Source: Pseudomonadota bacterium
GTDB lineage: Bacteria > Pseudomonadota > Gammaproteobacteria > Ga0077536
Direction of reading: 5' to 3'
DNA length: 57,590 bases
NCBI GenBank assembly: GCA_027618655.1
Contig: JAQCEL010000004.1
Coordinates: 1 to 57,590, forward strand
The notes below the pieces were generated by a model, which worked only from the letters and a program-made list of their open reading frames with translations, did not search any database and was not told where the DNA came from. Of the stretch, positions 1-8,788 are shown in pieces (position 1 is the first letter of the stretch; the number at the start of each line of letters is the position of its first letter). Made by a program: the position numbers and the translations under genes.

Positions 1-477
1 CGTCATGCGCTACGTGAAGATTCCGGTGGTGCAGGACGTTACCGGGGTGGCTTAGGCGTGATCCAACAACGCCGCGTGCTCGCGCCAAGCCGCATCAACG
101 CGCAGATCGAACGTACCCAAGATGCGCCTTGGGGCTTGTTCGGCGGGCGGGCAGGCAGCGCGAATAAACTTGAGTTGCTGCGCGCCGACGGCGGTCACGA
201 ACGCTACCCGACGGGCAAAATATTGGATGAAGAACTGAAGGCGGGCGACGCCTATATTCTTTATTCAGGCGGTGGTGGCGGCTACGGCGATCCTTTTGAG
301 CGTCCGGCTACGGACGTTGCCGCCGATGTGCGCCAAGCGTATGTATCAGTAGCCGCAGCCGCAGAAGTGTATGGCGTAGTGCTCGATCCGGTGACGCTCG
401 TCGTCGACGAGGTGCGCACTGCAGCCGCACGCCAACGGTCAGTCACTTCCGAGACAGGAAATCAGGTCAATGAATAA
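1..477 (+). CDS. Hydantoinase B / 5-oxoprolinase family protein, C-terminal part (truncated by window edge)
   Basis: Frame is open from base 1 and reads RHALREDSGGAGRYRGGLG, then PWGLFGG, SGGGGGYGDPFER and DVRQAYVS..AA.EVYGVV, all typical of the HyuB/OplA C-terminus. Confidence 0.88.
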   Translation, partial: RHALREDSGGAGRYRGGLGVIQQRRVLAPSRINAQIERTQDAPWGLFGGRAGSANKLELLRADGGHERYPTGKILDEELKAGDAYILYSGGGGGYGDPFERPATDVAADVRQAYVSVAAAAEVYGVVLDPVTLVVDEVRTAAARQRSVTSETGNQVNE

Positions 478-1675
478 GTTTCAATTCAAACGCGCAGAAA
501 TTCTGCGCGGCCCGTTCGATCCAGGCGGGCAACCCGACACGCGGACCGGCCAACCGATGGAACTTGGCTTTTTCGCCTGGAATATCAAAGGCGGGATGAC
601 GGCGTCCAAGGGGGTTTTGACAAATCCGGCGCGCTATCAAGATTTTTGGCATTGGGAGAGCGCCACGCGCTTGGTGCAACTCGCGGAGGAGATCGGTTTT
701 GAGTACCAAGTGCCCTTTGCCCGTTGGATTGGCCAAGGCGGTGCGACTGATTACAACGATAGCAATATCGATTTCTTGACCTCGGCTGCGGCGCTCGCGC
801 CACTCACCACGCGCCTCGGACTTTTTTCAACTGCGCACGTCACCTATAAATTTCATCCACTGCACTTCGCCAAGTTTGGCGCGAGCATCGATTTCATTTC
901 ACGTGGCCGTTGGGGGCTAAATATTGTCACGGGTTATTCGGCGCGCGAGCAGGCTGCGTTTGGGATCTTGGATCCGATCCCGCATGACGAGGCCTACGCG
1001 ATGGCTGATGAATTCACCACGTTGCTGAAATATTTATGGACCGAAGACGAGCGCATCGATTTCGAAGGCAAGTATTACCAATCTTACGGAGCAGTGGTCT
1101 CGCCGAAACCGATCAGCCAGCCACGACCGGTCATTATGAATGCGGGCAATTCCGACACCGGCGTCGACTTTGCTTGCCGCCAAGCAGATTGGTTGTTCGT
1201 TACGGCGCCGACACTCGAAGGCTATAAAGCACGTATTGAAGAAGCGCATCGTAGAGCTGCGCACTACGGTCGCACGATCCGTGCGGCGACGATGGTGTAT
1301 GTGATTGAAGATGCAACGGATGAGGGTGCGCAAGCGAACAAGCGTTGGCTTGAAGAGGAAGTCGATAGCCAGGCAACCTTAAACTTCATCGATTCGATGA
1401 AACGCATGTCTTACGCCGAAGAATTCTTCGCCGGCGGCGCCGATGTGAGCGATCCTTACGGCGGCGTTGGTAAAGACATGTTCCTACGCATCGCGCTCGG
1501 CATCGGCGCTTGGCAAATAGTTGGAAGTTATGCAACGGTCGCTGAGCGCATTCGTGAACTGCACGAAGTTGGCGTCGAAAGTATTTTAATGTGTTTCTTT
1601 GACCCGCTCGGCGGCTTGCATCATATGGAAGACGCGATTCTACCGATCATGAAGCGCATGAATTTGCGTAAGTAA
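470..1675 (+). CDS. Luciferase-like (LLM) flavin-dependent monooxygenase, RutA/SfnG/SsuD-related
   Basis: AEEIGFE, ARWIGQGG, HPLHFAK..ASIDFISRGRWGLNIVTG, FEGKYY, PKP, NAGNSDTG; start overlaps the upstream stop. Confidence 0.88.
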   Translation: MNKFQFKRAEILRGPFDPGGQPDTRTGQPMELGFFAWNIKGGMTASKGVLTNPARYQDFWHWESATRLVQLAEEIGFEYQVPFARWIGQGGATDYNDSNIDFLTSAAALAPLTTRLGLFSTAHVTYKFHPLHFAKFGASIDFISRGRWGLNIVTGYSAREQAAFGILDPIPHDEAYAMADEFTTLLKYLWTEDERIDFEGKYYQSYGAVVSPKPISQPRPVIMNAGNSDTGVDFACRQADWLFVTAPTLEGYKARIEEAHRRAAHYGRTIRAATMVYVIEDATDEGAQANKRWLEEEVDSQATLNFIDSMKRMSYAEEFFAGGADVSDPYGGVGKDMFLRIALGIGAWQIVGSYATVAERIRELHEVGVESILMCFFDPLGGLHHMEDAILPIMKRMNLRK

Positions 1676-1679
1676 GCCG

Positions 1680-1702
1680 GAGTTGGGCAGTGTCCCCAAC
1701 TC
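1680..1702. terminator. Stem-loop directly after the LLM gene (terminator or mRNA-stabilising hairpin)
   Basis: GAGTTGGG-cagtgtc-CCCAACTC, a perfect 8-bp stem; no U-tract. Confidence 0.45.
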
Positions 1703-1849
1703 GCTGGCATAATGCACCAACGGTGGGAGTGCTGCTCACTTCAGAGCAATACCAGTTATGTGCGGATCATCGCGCGGCCGCAATAAAAACGATCGACTTC
1801 CCCTGATCCAAGTGATGGGGCAGTAGACAACCAACAAAGGAAAATTATT

Positions 1850-2872
1850 ATGCGCTTCGGTTTTATGGAAGACTTTCGCAACCCCGTGAAATGGCGTCGC
1901 CCGTTTCCGGATTTCTACGAGCAGATCTTAAAGCAGATCAAACACGGCGAAGAGCTCGGCTACGATAACGTGTGGTTAACCGAGCACCACTTCACCGACG
2001 ACGGTTATAACCCGTCGCTCATGACCACAGCCGCGGCTGTCGCGATGCGCACACAGACCATCCGCATCGGTACGTTCATCGTGATCCTGCCCTACCAACA
2101 TCCACTGTTGATGGCCGAAGAAGTAGCCAACGTCGATATTTTTTCCAACGGCCGCTTCGATCTAGGTGTTGGCCAAGGTTATTCACATTACGAATTCGAC
2201 GCGCTGTGCATGGATCGTAGCGAGCGAGGTATGCGCACGCGTGAAAGCATCCGGATCATCGAGCGGCTGTTCCTGGAAGACACGGTGACAGTAGACGGTA
2301 AGTTCACGAAACTAAATGCGGCACGCTTGTCACCGAAACCCGTGCAGCAACCGCACCCGCCGATATGGATCGGTGCGCGCGGCCCTAAGGCCATCACACG
2401 TGCCGCCGAAATGGGCTATCACTTGATGGCGACGCTCGGACCTGATCCGGCGCCGCTCTACTTGGAGACTTTGGCGAAAAGCGGGCGCGATCCGAACGCG
2501 TTCAATATTGCACAGTTACGCATGGTTTACTGCGCCGACAGCGAAGATCAAGCGTGGGATGAGTGTCAGGATCACTTGTGGCACATGCTCGAGTTCTACG
2601 CAGACATCCTGGCCGAAGCGAATGACGCAGAAGGCGACGATGCGCCGATGCCTGTAACGAAACCTTCCGATATGCGCCATTCAGTGTTGGCCGAGCATTT
2701 TATGGTCGGCACGCCGGCGCAGGTGGCTGCTAAGATGGAAAAATTCGTTAGTGAATTCCGGTGCACGGATTTCATTATGAATTCGCAATTTCCGGGTATT
2801 GACCCGAAAAAAGCTGCGCGTTCAATGGAGTTGTTTGCTAAGGAAGTGATGCCGAAGTTCCGCAAGGTCTGA
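1850..2872 (+). CDS. LLM class flavin-dependent oxidoreductase
   Basis: LGYDNVWLTEHHF, HPLLMAEEVANVDIFSNGRFDLGVGQGY, PKPVQQPHPPIWIG, SMELFAKEVMP; AAAGGA RBS. Confidence 0.92.
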   Translation: MRFGFMEDFRNPVKWRRPFPDFYEQILKQIKHGEELGYDNVWLTEHHFTDDGYNPSLMTTAAAVAMRTQTIRIGTFIVILPYQHPLLMAEEVANVDIFSNGRFDLGVGQGYSHYEFDALCMDRSERGMRTRESIRIIERLFLEDTVTVDGKFTKLNAARLSPKPVQQPHPPIWIGARGPKAITRAAEMGYHLMATLGPDPAPLYLETLAKSGRDPNAFNIAQLRMVYCADSEDQAWDECQDHLWHMLEFYADILAEANDAEGDDAPMPVTKPSDMRHSVLAEHFMVGTPAQVAAKMEKFVSEFRCTDFIMNSQFPGIDPKKAARSMELFAKEVMPKFRKV

Positions 2873-3005
2873 TCGGGAAAAGTTTGGCGTTGCGACGGAT
2901 CGCCGGGTGCTCGTGCATCCGGCGGCCTTTGAAAGGCGTTGTGGCTAATCATCTTAACTTGCGCATTGCGGTCGTGACGTCCGACCCGGCTGACTTCGAA
3001 CGAGC

Positions 3006-4088
3006 CTAATCCGCTTGGCGTAGCGGTGTTTTCTTCCACTCGAGAGCTCGCTTGCGGGCTTCGATCACTTGAGCAGGCGTCATTAACCATTCGATATCGA
3101 TGCGCTTTCGGGTGGCATCCATCCGGTCTTTCTCGTTAGTTGCTTGACTGATGCCAAGGCTGTACCACTTATGGGCTTCGACGTAGTCCTGCGGCACACC
3201 TCGGCCTTTGTCGTACATCGTACCGAGGATGAATTGAGCGTTCGTGTCGCCATGCTCCGCCGCAGACAGATACCACTTAAACGCATCGGCATAGTGCCGC
3301 ACTGTGCCGCGGTTTTGGTCGAATATGTTGCCCCAGCCTTCCTCGTTTGCGAGGCCCAGCTTGGCCTGCGCGTCAGCGTGTCCTTGTTCGGCGGCTAAGC
3401 GATACCATTTCAAAGCCTCGCTGTCATCTTGCCGTACACCGAGACCTTCGTCATACATTAAGCCGAGGTTGAATTTTGCCGTCGCGTTCCCTTGCTCAGC
3501 CGCTAAGCGAAACCATTTTAGCGCCTCGGTATAGTCCTGCGGTATGCCTTGGTCTTGGGCGGCGAGGTTCCCCCAGCCTTCGCGGTAGATAATGCCGAGC
3601 TTAGTTTGCGCAGCCGCGTGTCCCTGATCAGCCGCCAACTGATACCACCTAAACGCCTCGCGCTCGTCTTGCAACACGCCTTCGCCACTGTTGTACATCA
3701 AGCCCAGGTTGAATTGCGCGGTCGCGTTGCCTTGCTCGGCCGCTAACCGGAACCATTTAAACGCTTCGTCGTAGTCTTGCGCTACGCCCTGTCCATTGTC
3801 GTACATGAAGCCGAGGTTATTTTGCGCCTGCGCGATTCCTTGTTCAGTCGCCAAGCGATACCATTTCAGCGCTTCAACGTAGTCCTGCTGCGTGCCGTGG
3901 CCTTGAGCGTACATGTTGCCAAGGTAACTTTGTGATCGAGCTTCTCCTGCCTCGGCCAGCGACCGAAATGACCGAAAAGAAACTGCGTAGTCACCACTGC
4001 GATAAGCCGCGCGAGCGTCGTCAAATTGGTCCGCGTGGGCGGTCGTCACGCAAAGGGCGAGCGTTAACGCGGCGACTCGCTTGCGCAT
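3006..4088 (-). CDS. Secreted Sel1-like repeat (SLR) protein, 7 repeats
   Basis: Signal peptide MRKRVAALTLALCVTTAHA after a GGAG RBS; repeated AQxNLGxMYxxGxGVxQDYxEAxKWYRLAAEQG units. Confidence 0.93.
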   Translation of the reverse strand: MRKRVAALTLALCVTTAHADQFDDARAAYRSGDYAVSFRSFRSLAEAGEARSQSYLGNMYAQGHGTQQDYVEALKWYRLATEQGIAQAQNNLGFMYDNGQGVAQDYDEAFKWFRLAAEQGNATAQFNLGLMYNSGEGVLQDEREAFRWYQLAADQGHAAAQTKLGIIYREGWGNLAAQDQGIPQDYTEALKWFRLAAEQGNATAKFNLGLMYDEGLGVRQDDSEALKWYRLAAEQGHADAQAKLGLANEEGWGNIFDQNRGTVRHYADAFKWYLSAAEHGDTNAQFILGTMYDKGRGVPQDYVEAHKWYSLGISQATNEKDRMDATRKRIDIEWLMTPAQVIEARKRALEWKKTPLRQAD

Positions 4089-4329
4089 ACTTTTCTCCAA
4101 AATACCGTAGGAAATCCATTTTCAACTAGGTGCGAGTTATGCAAGCTTGCCCAGCCTTGAAATACCTTGATTTGAGCTAATGCACATTGATCAATTCACC
4201 TTGCCCACGGCCATCAGTGTTATCTTTTCTACATCTATCCATCATGACTCGCCAGACGACGAGGAAAAGTATAAAAATGGCGCGCGTGACTGTATTAAAC
4301 CAAGCTAGTGTCCGTACAGGAAGCAGCGC

Positions 4330-4729
4330 ATGACTCAGAGAATCGTAATCGCAGGTTCAGGTTTCGCCGGAATGTGGTCCGCGTTGTCTGCGGCGCGCGC
4401 CGTCGTTAAATACTTGAACGCGCTCAAAGATAAACCAGAGTCGGTGGCGCGCAATACAGTCGTCGTCGTGGGGCGGGGGATTCACGGGTATAGAAACGGT
4501 AGCGCAGACGCCGCTACACGCTTATAGGCAAGCAAAGTATGTCACGTGCCTCGATTTAGGACCGTGGGGCGCGGTGTATACCGAGGGTTGGAATCGCCAG
4601 GTTCACGTGCAGCGACAAGAAGCGAAAGACCTCAAACGCGCGATCAACACGCAATGGATCTATCCACCCGAGCCAAACCGTGAGGCGATCTTCGGCATTG
4701 CGAATCCAGATCACGTGACCGTGCCGTGG
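4330..4729 (+). pseudogene. Collapsed NDH-2-like NAD(P)/FAD-dependent oxidoreductase pseudogene
   Basis: N-terminal RIVIAGSGFAGMWSALSAAR joins directly to the mid-protein ARNTVVVV. A +1 frameshift in the G-run near 4470 gives GGGFTGIET, which joins the C-terminal YVTCLDLGPWGAVYTEGWNRQV...INTQWIYPP. About 133 codons remain of a roughly 400-aa family. Confidence 0.8.
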
Positions 4730-4762
4730 TGGTGTCTCGGGAGCGTGGTAGCGAGACACCGC
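4729..4762. terminator. Hairpin between the pseudogene and convergent pqiC
   Basis: GTGGTGTCTCG-N12-CGAGACACCGC, an 11-bp stem with one G-U pair. Confidence 0.55.
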
Positions 4763-4876
4763 ATTAGTGATACCGAAATTTCGAATTTCAGCATGGTAAG
4801 GATTTTCGGTGAGGTGATCCCGATGATTAGAGCCAGTCCGGTCCATGCCGCTGAGCCGATTTCGATCGTTAAACGA

Positions 4877-5473
4877 TTATTCCAGATCTGCGGCGCGCGA
4901 ATCGAAATAACTCACCATTGCGTCCGCAAGCTGCAGCGTTGCGGCACTTTGTGCGGCAACTAATTCTGGATATCCTGCGCCTGTCATGGGTGTTTCCAAT
5001 TGCACCTCTTGCTCGTAGAGAATTGGTCCGCTCTCGCTATCAATCACTTGAAAGCGTGCGTGTAACGTCACTACGTGCCCGGGTTTTCCTTCTAAGCGAA
5101 GTATTTCTACCGCAACTCGATACTTGTGGATGAACCCTTGCGACGATGGGAAAGCCCCAACGCGCCTGCCGGAAAGCCGATCCGCCAATCTTGAAATCAA
5201 TAATGTTTGGATGCCGCGACTCAGCGGCGATGCCCACCGATCATTCTCACTCAGGTTTAACGTCCCGCCGTCATTGACGGTGACGATGAGCGGCTGATCC
5301 AGATAATCAGGAACGATCACCGGGCCGACAGCTATATTGCCATTGCCGGCGACCCCGGCATGCTTTGTTACATTCGGCAAGTCCGAAGACAGCAAATAAT
5401 ATTTGATTTCGCTTGGCGTTGACGAACAGCCGGCGAGAATCAATATGAGCACGTAGTTCCTGATCCATGTCAT
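4877..5473 (-). CDS. pqiC: PqiC-family outer-membrane lipoprotein
   Basis: Lipobox LAGC, YYLL, VGPVIVPDYLDQPLIV, RWASPL; directly downstream of pqiB. Confidence 0.88.
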   Translation of the reverse strand: MTWIRNYVLILILAGCSSTPSEIKYYLLSSDLPNVTKHAGVAGNGNIAVGPVIVPDYLDQPLIVTVNDGGTLNLSENDRWASPLSRGIQTLLISRLADRLSGRRVGAFPSSQGFIHKYRVAVEILRLEGKPGHVVTLHARFQVIDSESGPILYEQEVQLETPMTGAGYPELVAAQSAATLQLADAMVSYFDSRAADLE

Positions 5474-5474
5474 G

Positions 5475-7109
5475 CTAAGGTCGCTCGATTGTCACAGGTT
5501 TTGCGTTCTGCTTTCCCCAAATAACCGCGTTAGGATTCCGTTCAATACTGTCTGCGAGCGTGCGTAGCGCACGCGCCGCGTTGTCCACTTGTTGCAAGGT
5601 TAGGCTGAGCTGCGATTGGAGGGCGGAATTTTCATCAACACTTGCTAAAGTTTCGTTCAGTTGGCTAGCGAGCGGCACGAGTTGCGCGCTCAATTCGTCC
5701 GTGAGTACTTTTACTGATTGGAACGAGGCGTTAGCCGAGACGAGAAATTCGTTGATTTGCGGTGAACTCAATAATTTTTCTAAATTGCTAATCACCGCGA
5801 CGGTATGCCCGCCAATTTCTTCAACGGGCAGCTTGCGTAATTTATCTAGCATTTCGGTGGCGCTGTCTTTAATTTCCACGAACTCGGATGGAATGGTCGG
5901 GATGACGGCAATCCCTTCGGAGTTACTTACCTGTCCGGCTGGCGTGTCCGGGTAGAACCCAAGTTCTACGAACATTTGCCCGGTTAATAGGCTGCCAGTT
6001 TGCAAGCGTGCCCGGAACCCCTTCGCAATCAGCGATTCGATGATCTCATTTGGCTCTTGAACAGGCGTGGCTGATGCTGAGATCAGGCGCTCTGGCTGCA
6101 ATTCGATTTTCACAGGGATGCGAATGTCCGATGAATTCGGGTCGACCTCCAAATCAACATTCGTGACGGACCCAAGTTTGATGCCTTTGAACTCAACCGG
6201 GGCGCCGACATTCAAGCCACGCACAGAATCTTCAAAGTACAGTAAGTAGGGTTCATGCGCCGAGGGGCGCGCCTCACCGATTTTCTCCGAGTCAGCGAAC
6301 AACCAGAATTTTGCGCCAGGTGGCGACGGCGGTGCTTTACTGCCTAACGGTAAGTCAAACGTGATACCGCCAACTAAGAATGTTTGCAACGACCCGGTAC
6401 GGAAATCGAGGCCATTCGCATTCACCGAAACGTTTATGCGGCTCGCGTTAGAAAACTGGGTCGAGCTGCTGACCAAAAGGGTATACGGTTCTCGGACGAA
6501 TATATGGATGGTGACTCGGCTACCGTCTTCCGCTAATTCGTAGCCCAACACTTCGCCTACCGGAATGTCCCGAAAAGAAACCGGTGAGCCGGCTTGTATC
6601 GATCCTAATATTTCCGATTCGAGCACATAGGAGTTCCCGGGCACGTCGGCAGCCACGATCGGTGGCGTTTCGAGACCAACGAAATTCGATTCAGGTTCAC
6701 CGTCGCCAGGATCGATTTCAATGTAGGCGCCTGATACCAAAGTCCCTAAACCGGAAACTCCGGAAGGCCCCAGTCTAGGCCGCACAACCCAAAAACGAGT
6801 TCCCTCTTTCAGCTGGGCGGCGAAACTTCGCTCAATTCGAGCGGTTGCAATCACATGGCGTAAATCGTCGGCGATACGCACCGTCGTTACCCGGCCGACC
6901 TGTACCGCTTTGTATCGCAGGACCGTATTGTCAGCTTCAATACCATCGCCACGCAGGAAGGCGATCGTGATCAGCGGGCCACGTTTTTCTAAGGTGTCGT
7001 ACAACAGCCATGCGCCTGCGAGCGCGGCGACCAATGGCAACAGCCACACGATCGACAAGCGGCGGTTCTCGACGATATTCGCCTCTGGAACGTCGTAATC
7101 AATGGCCAT
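5475..7109 (-). CDS. pqiB: PqiB intermembrane transport protein (MCE domains)
   Basis: SIVWLLPLVA anchor, RFWVVRPR, GLGTLVSGAYIE, GSPVSFRDIPVGEV, SVRGLNVGAPVEFKGI, RARLQTGSLLTGQ, helical tail ending ERNPNAVIWG. Confidence 0.95.
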   Translation of the reverse strand: MAIDYDVPEANIVENRRLSIVWLLPLVAALAGAWLLYDTLEKRGPLITIAFLRGDGIEADNTVLRYKAVQVGRVTTVRIADDLRHVIATARIERSFAAQLKEGTRFWVVRPRLGPSGVSGLGTLVSGAYIEIDPGDGEPESNFVGLETPPIVAADVPGNSYVLESEILGSIQAGSPVSFRDIPVGEVLGYELAEDGSRVTIHIFVREPYTLLVSSSTQFSNASRINVSVNANGLDFRTGSLQTFLVGGITFDLPLGSKAPPSPPGAKFWLFADSEKIGEARPSAHEPYLLYFEDSVRGLNVGAPVEFKGIKLGSVTNVDLEVDPNSSDIRIPVKIELQPERLISASATPVQEPNEIIESLIAKGFRARLQTGSLLTGQMFVELGFYPDTPAGQVSNSEGIAVIPTIPSEFVEIKDSATEMLDKLRKLPVEEIGGHTVAVISNLEKLLSSPQINEFLVSANASFQSVKVLTDELSAQLVPLASQLNETLASVDENSALQSQLSLTLQQVDNAARALRTLADSIERNPNAVIWGKQNAKPVTIERP

Positions 7110-7142
7110 TAAGTGTGCTGCATACGGTAAATTAAACGGCGG

Positions 7143-7787
7143 TTAACCCGCATTGTCCCACAATAATCGTGGATCAAAGGACATTGAGGCGAGCATCGTG
7201 CAAAACACCATGGTGGCGAAAAATGCCGCGCCTAAGCCGGCTTCGACGGTCGCAAGCGCGCCGACTTGAACGAGCGCAACAAGAATCGCAATCATAAAAA
7301 TATCGATCATCGACCAACGTCCGGTAAAGTCGATGATGTGGTAGAGCAGCGCTCTTTGGCGTGGTCGCCAACGCCAATGCGCCTGCGCGGAGAGCATTAA
7401 AAAACCGAGTATCCCAATCTTCACCAAAGGGACAAACACGCTCGCGACAAAAACAAGGACCGCGATTGGCCATTGGCCCTCGGCGAATAAATGCTGTGCA
7501 CCGCTGAGGATCGTGTCGGGTTCACCGGATCCGAATTGAATGACGGTCAAAATCGGCAACAAATTTGCAGGTATGTAGCAGATTGCAGCGCAGATGAGCA
7601 ATGCCCAAGTTCGTTGTAAGCTTTGCGGCTTACGGAAACGCACTGCTGCGGCACAACGAGGGCAGAAAACGGATATGGCGCCGCCGCTTTTATTTTCTCT
7701 CATTCGCATAACAAGTTGACAGTGTTCGCATGCGGCGAAGCCCTGCTGAGCCGCGCTGGCTAAGGTCACTATTTTTTTCGCCGTCAT
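7143..7787 (-). CDS. pqiA: Paraquat-inducible protein A (second PqiA gene)
   Basis: CxxC...CPRC, RTWALL, YIPANLLPI, DTILSG, GRWSMIDIF, FDPRLLWD; ATGA overlap with the upstream pqiA. Confidence 0.93.
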   Translation of the reverse strand: MTAKKIVTLASAAQQGFAACEHCQLVMRMRENKSGGAISVFCPRCAAAVRFRKPQSLQRTWALLICAAICYIPANLLPILTVIQFGSGEPDTILSGAQHLFAEGQWPIAVLVFVASVFVPLVKIGILGFLMLSAQAHWRWRPRQRALLYHIIDFTGRWSMIDIFMIAILVALVQVGALATVEAGLGAAFFATMVFCTMLASMSFDPRLLWDNAG

Positions 7788-8383
7788 TGATCGGACCAAA
7801 TCGCCGCGGCATCAAGATGGCTCGTACTCAGCGCTGATATAACGCTTAGGGCGCCAAACGCAAAAAGAGCCGGTCCAGGTTCGACGCTTGCGAGGTCGCC
7901 GAGCTTGATAAATGCGACTAACGCACCGATAAGATACACTTCGGTCATTCCCCACGGCGTCATATTCGTAACAAAACGCAGCAGTTTCGCAAAGCGTGCC
8001 GGTGAATGGTTGAGCATGAGTGGGATTGTTACGGCGACAACTGCGAGTGCTCTAAGCAGCGGAATCACGATCGTAACTGCTAAAACTAATATGGCGGTTT
8101 CGATTCGGTCGCCGTCCCATAATGCGACGACGCCTTCGATGACGGTTGTGGTGCGGTGCTGTCCTTCAATTTCTAAAGACATGATCGGGAACAAATTCGC
8201 TACCGCGAGCAAGATCATCACGGTGATTGCCAAGGCCAGATTTGCTTGTAAGGAATCTCGTGACCCTTTGCGAAGAAGTTGGCCGCAGCGTGGGCAGTTA
8301 GCGCGCTCGTGCGCGGCTAAAACCCGCGCTTGTTGCAGTAAGTCGCAGGTAGGGCAAGCGATCAGATCCAGGGGTCGCGACAT
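7784..8383 (-). CDS. pqiA: Paraquat-inducible protein A (first PqiA gene)
   Basis: ACPTCDLLQ, CPRCG, ANLFPIM, PWGMTEVYLIGALVAFIKL. Confidence 0.92.
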   Translation of the reverse strand: MSRPLDLIACPTCDLLQQARVLAAHERANCPRCGQLLRKGSRDSLQANLALAITVMILLAVANLFPIMSLEIEGQHRTTTVIEGVVALWDGDRIETAILVLAVTIVIPLLRALAVVAVTIPLMLNHSPARFAKLLRFVTNMTPWGMTEVYLIGALVAFIKLGDLASVEPGPALFAFGALSVISALSTSHLDAAAIWSDQ

Positions 8384-8788
8384 AGATATTACCGAATTGC
8401 GTTTAACGATCTTGCTTGCCAAGTTTTATGCAAAGTTTTTGGCTTCAAGAAGGCGATGCTTGCATTGTGCTCGCATCATAAGCAGGTGCAGCCGTACGTC
8501 GTTACTCGTCATACCATTGTTCCGCTCATGCTCGCCGCGCACGTGGGACGGGTGAATTTTGGTCTTAATTACGTGATCCGACAACACGCGGCGCGATTGA
8601 TTGCGTGATGGAACTAGCCCGAGCCTTCCCTGGTCGTATAGTCGCACAACAACCAATTAACGGGTAACCGAAAATATCGAATCCTCAGATTGTCGCGGAC
8701 CAAATTCTTAACTCACAACAGCGACGGCACAAACCCACGGATAGACGTTTTTCCGCTAATAACAGCGGGTAAAGCGCAAAAGGAAAAG

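Noticed and set aside
3100-3950. Repeated DNA with roughly 108-nt period as a possible CRISPR or tandem array
   Set aside because: Fully explained by Sel1 protein repeats; there is no repeat-spacer structure and no cas gene
4574-4963. 129-aa ORF as an independent gene
   Set aside because: Its first 51 codons are the tail of the NDH-2-like pseudogene; the rest is read-through across a hairpin into antisense pqiC
7905-8555. Long antisense ORFs (also 10386..11114, 11694..12386, 47364..47888 and others)
   Set aside because: They shadow well-supported genes on the opposite strand and have no motifs
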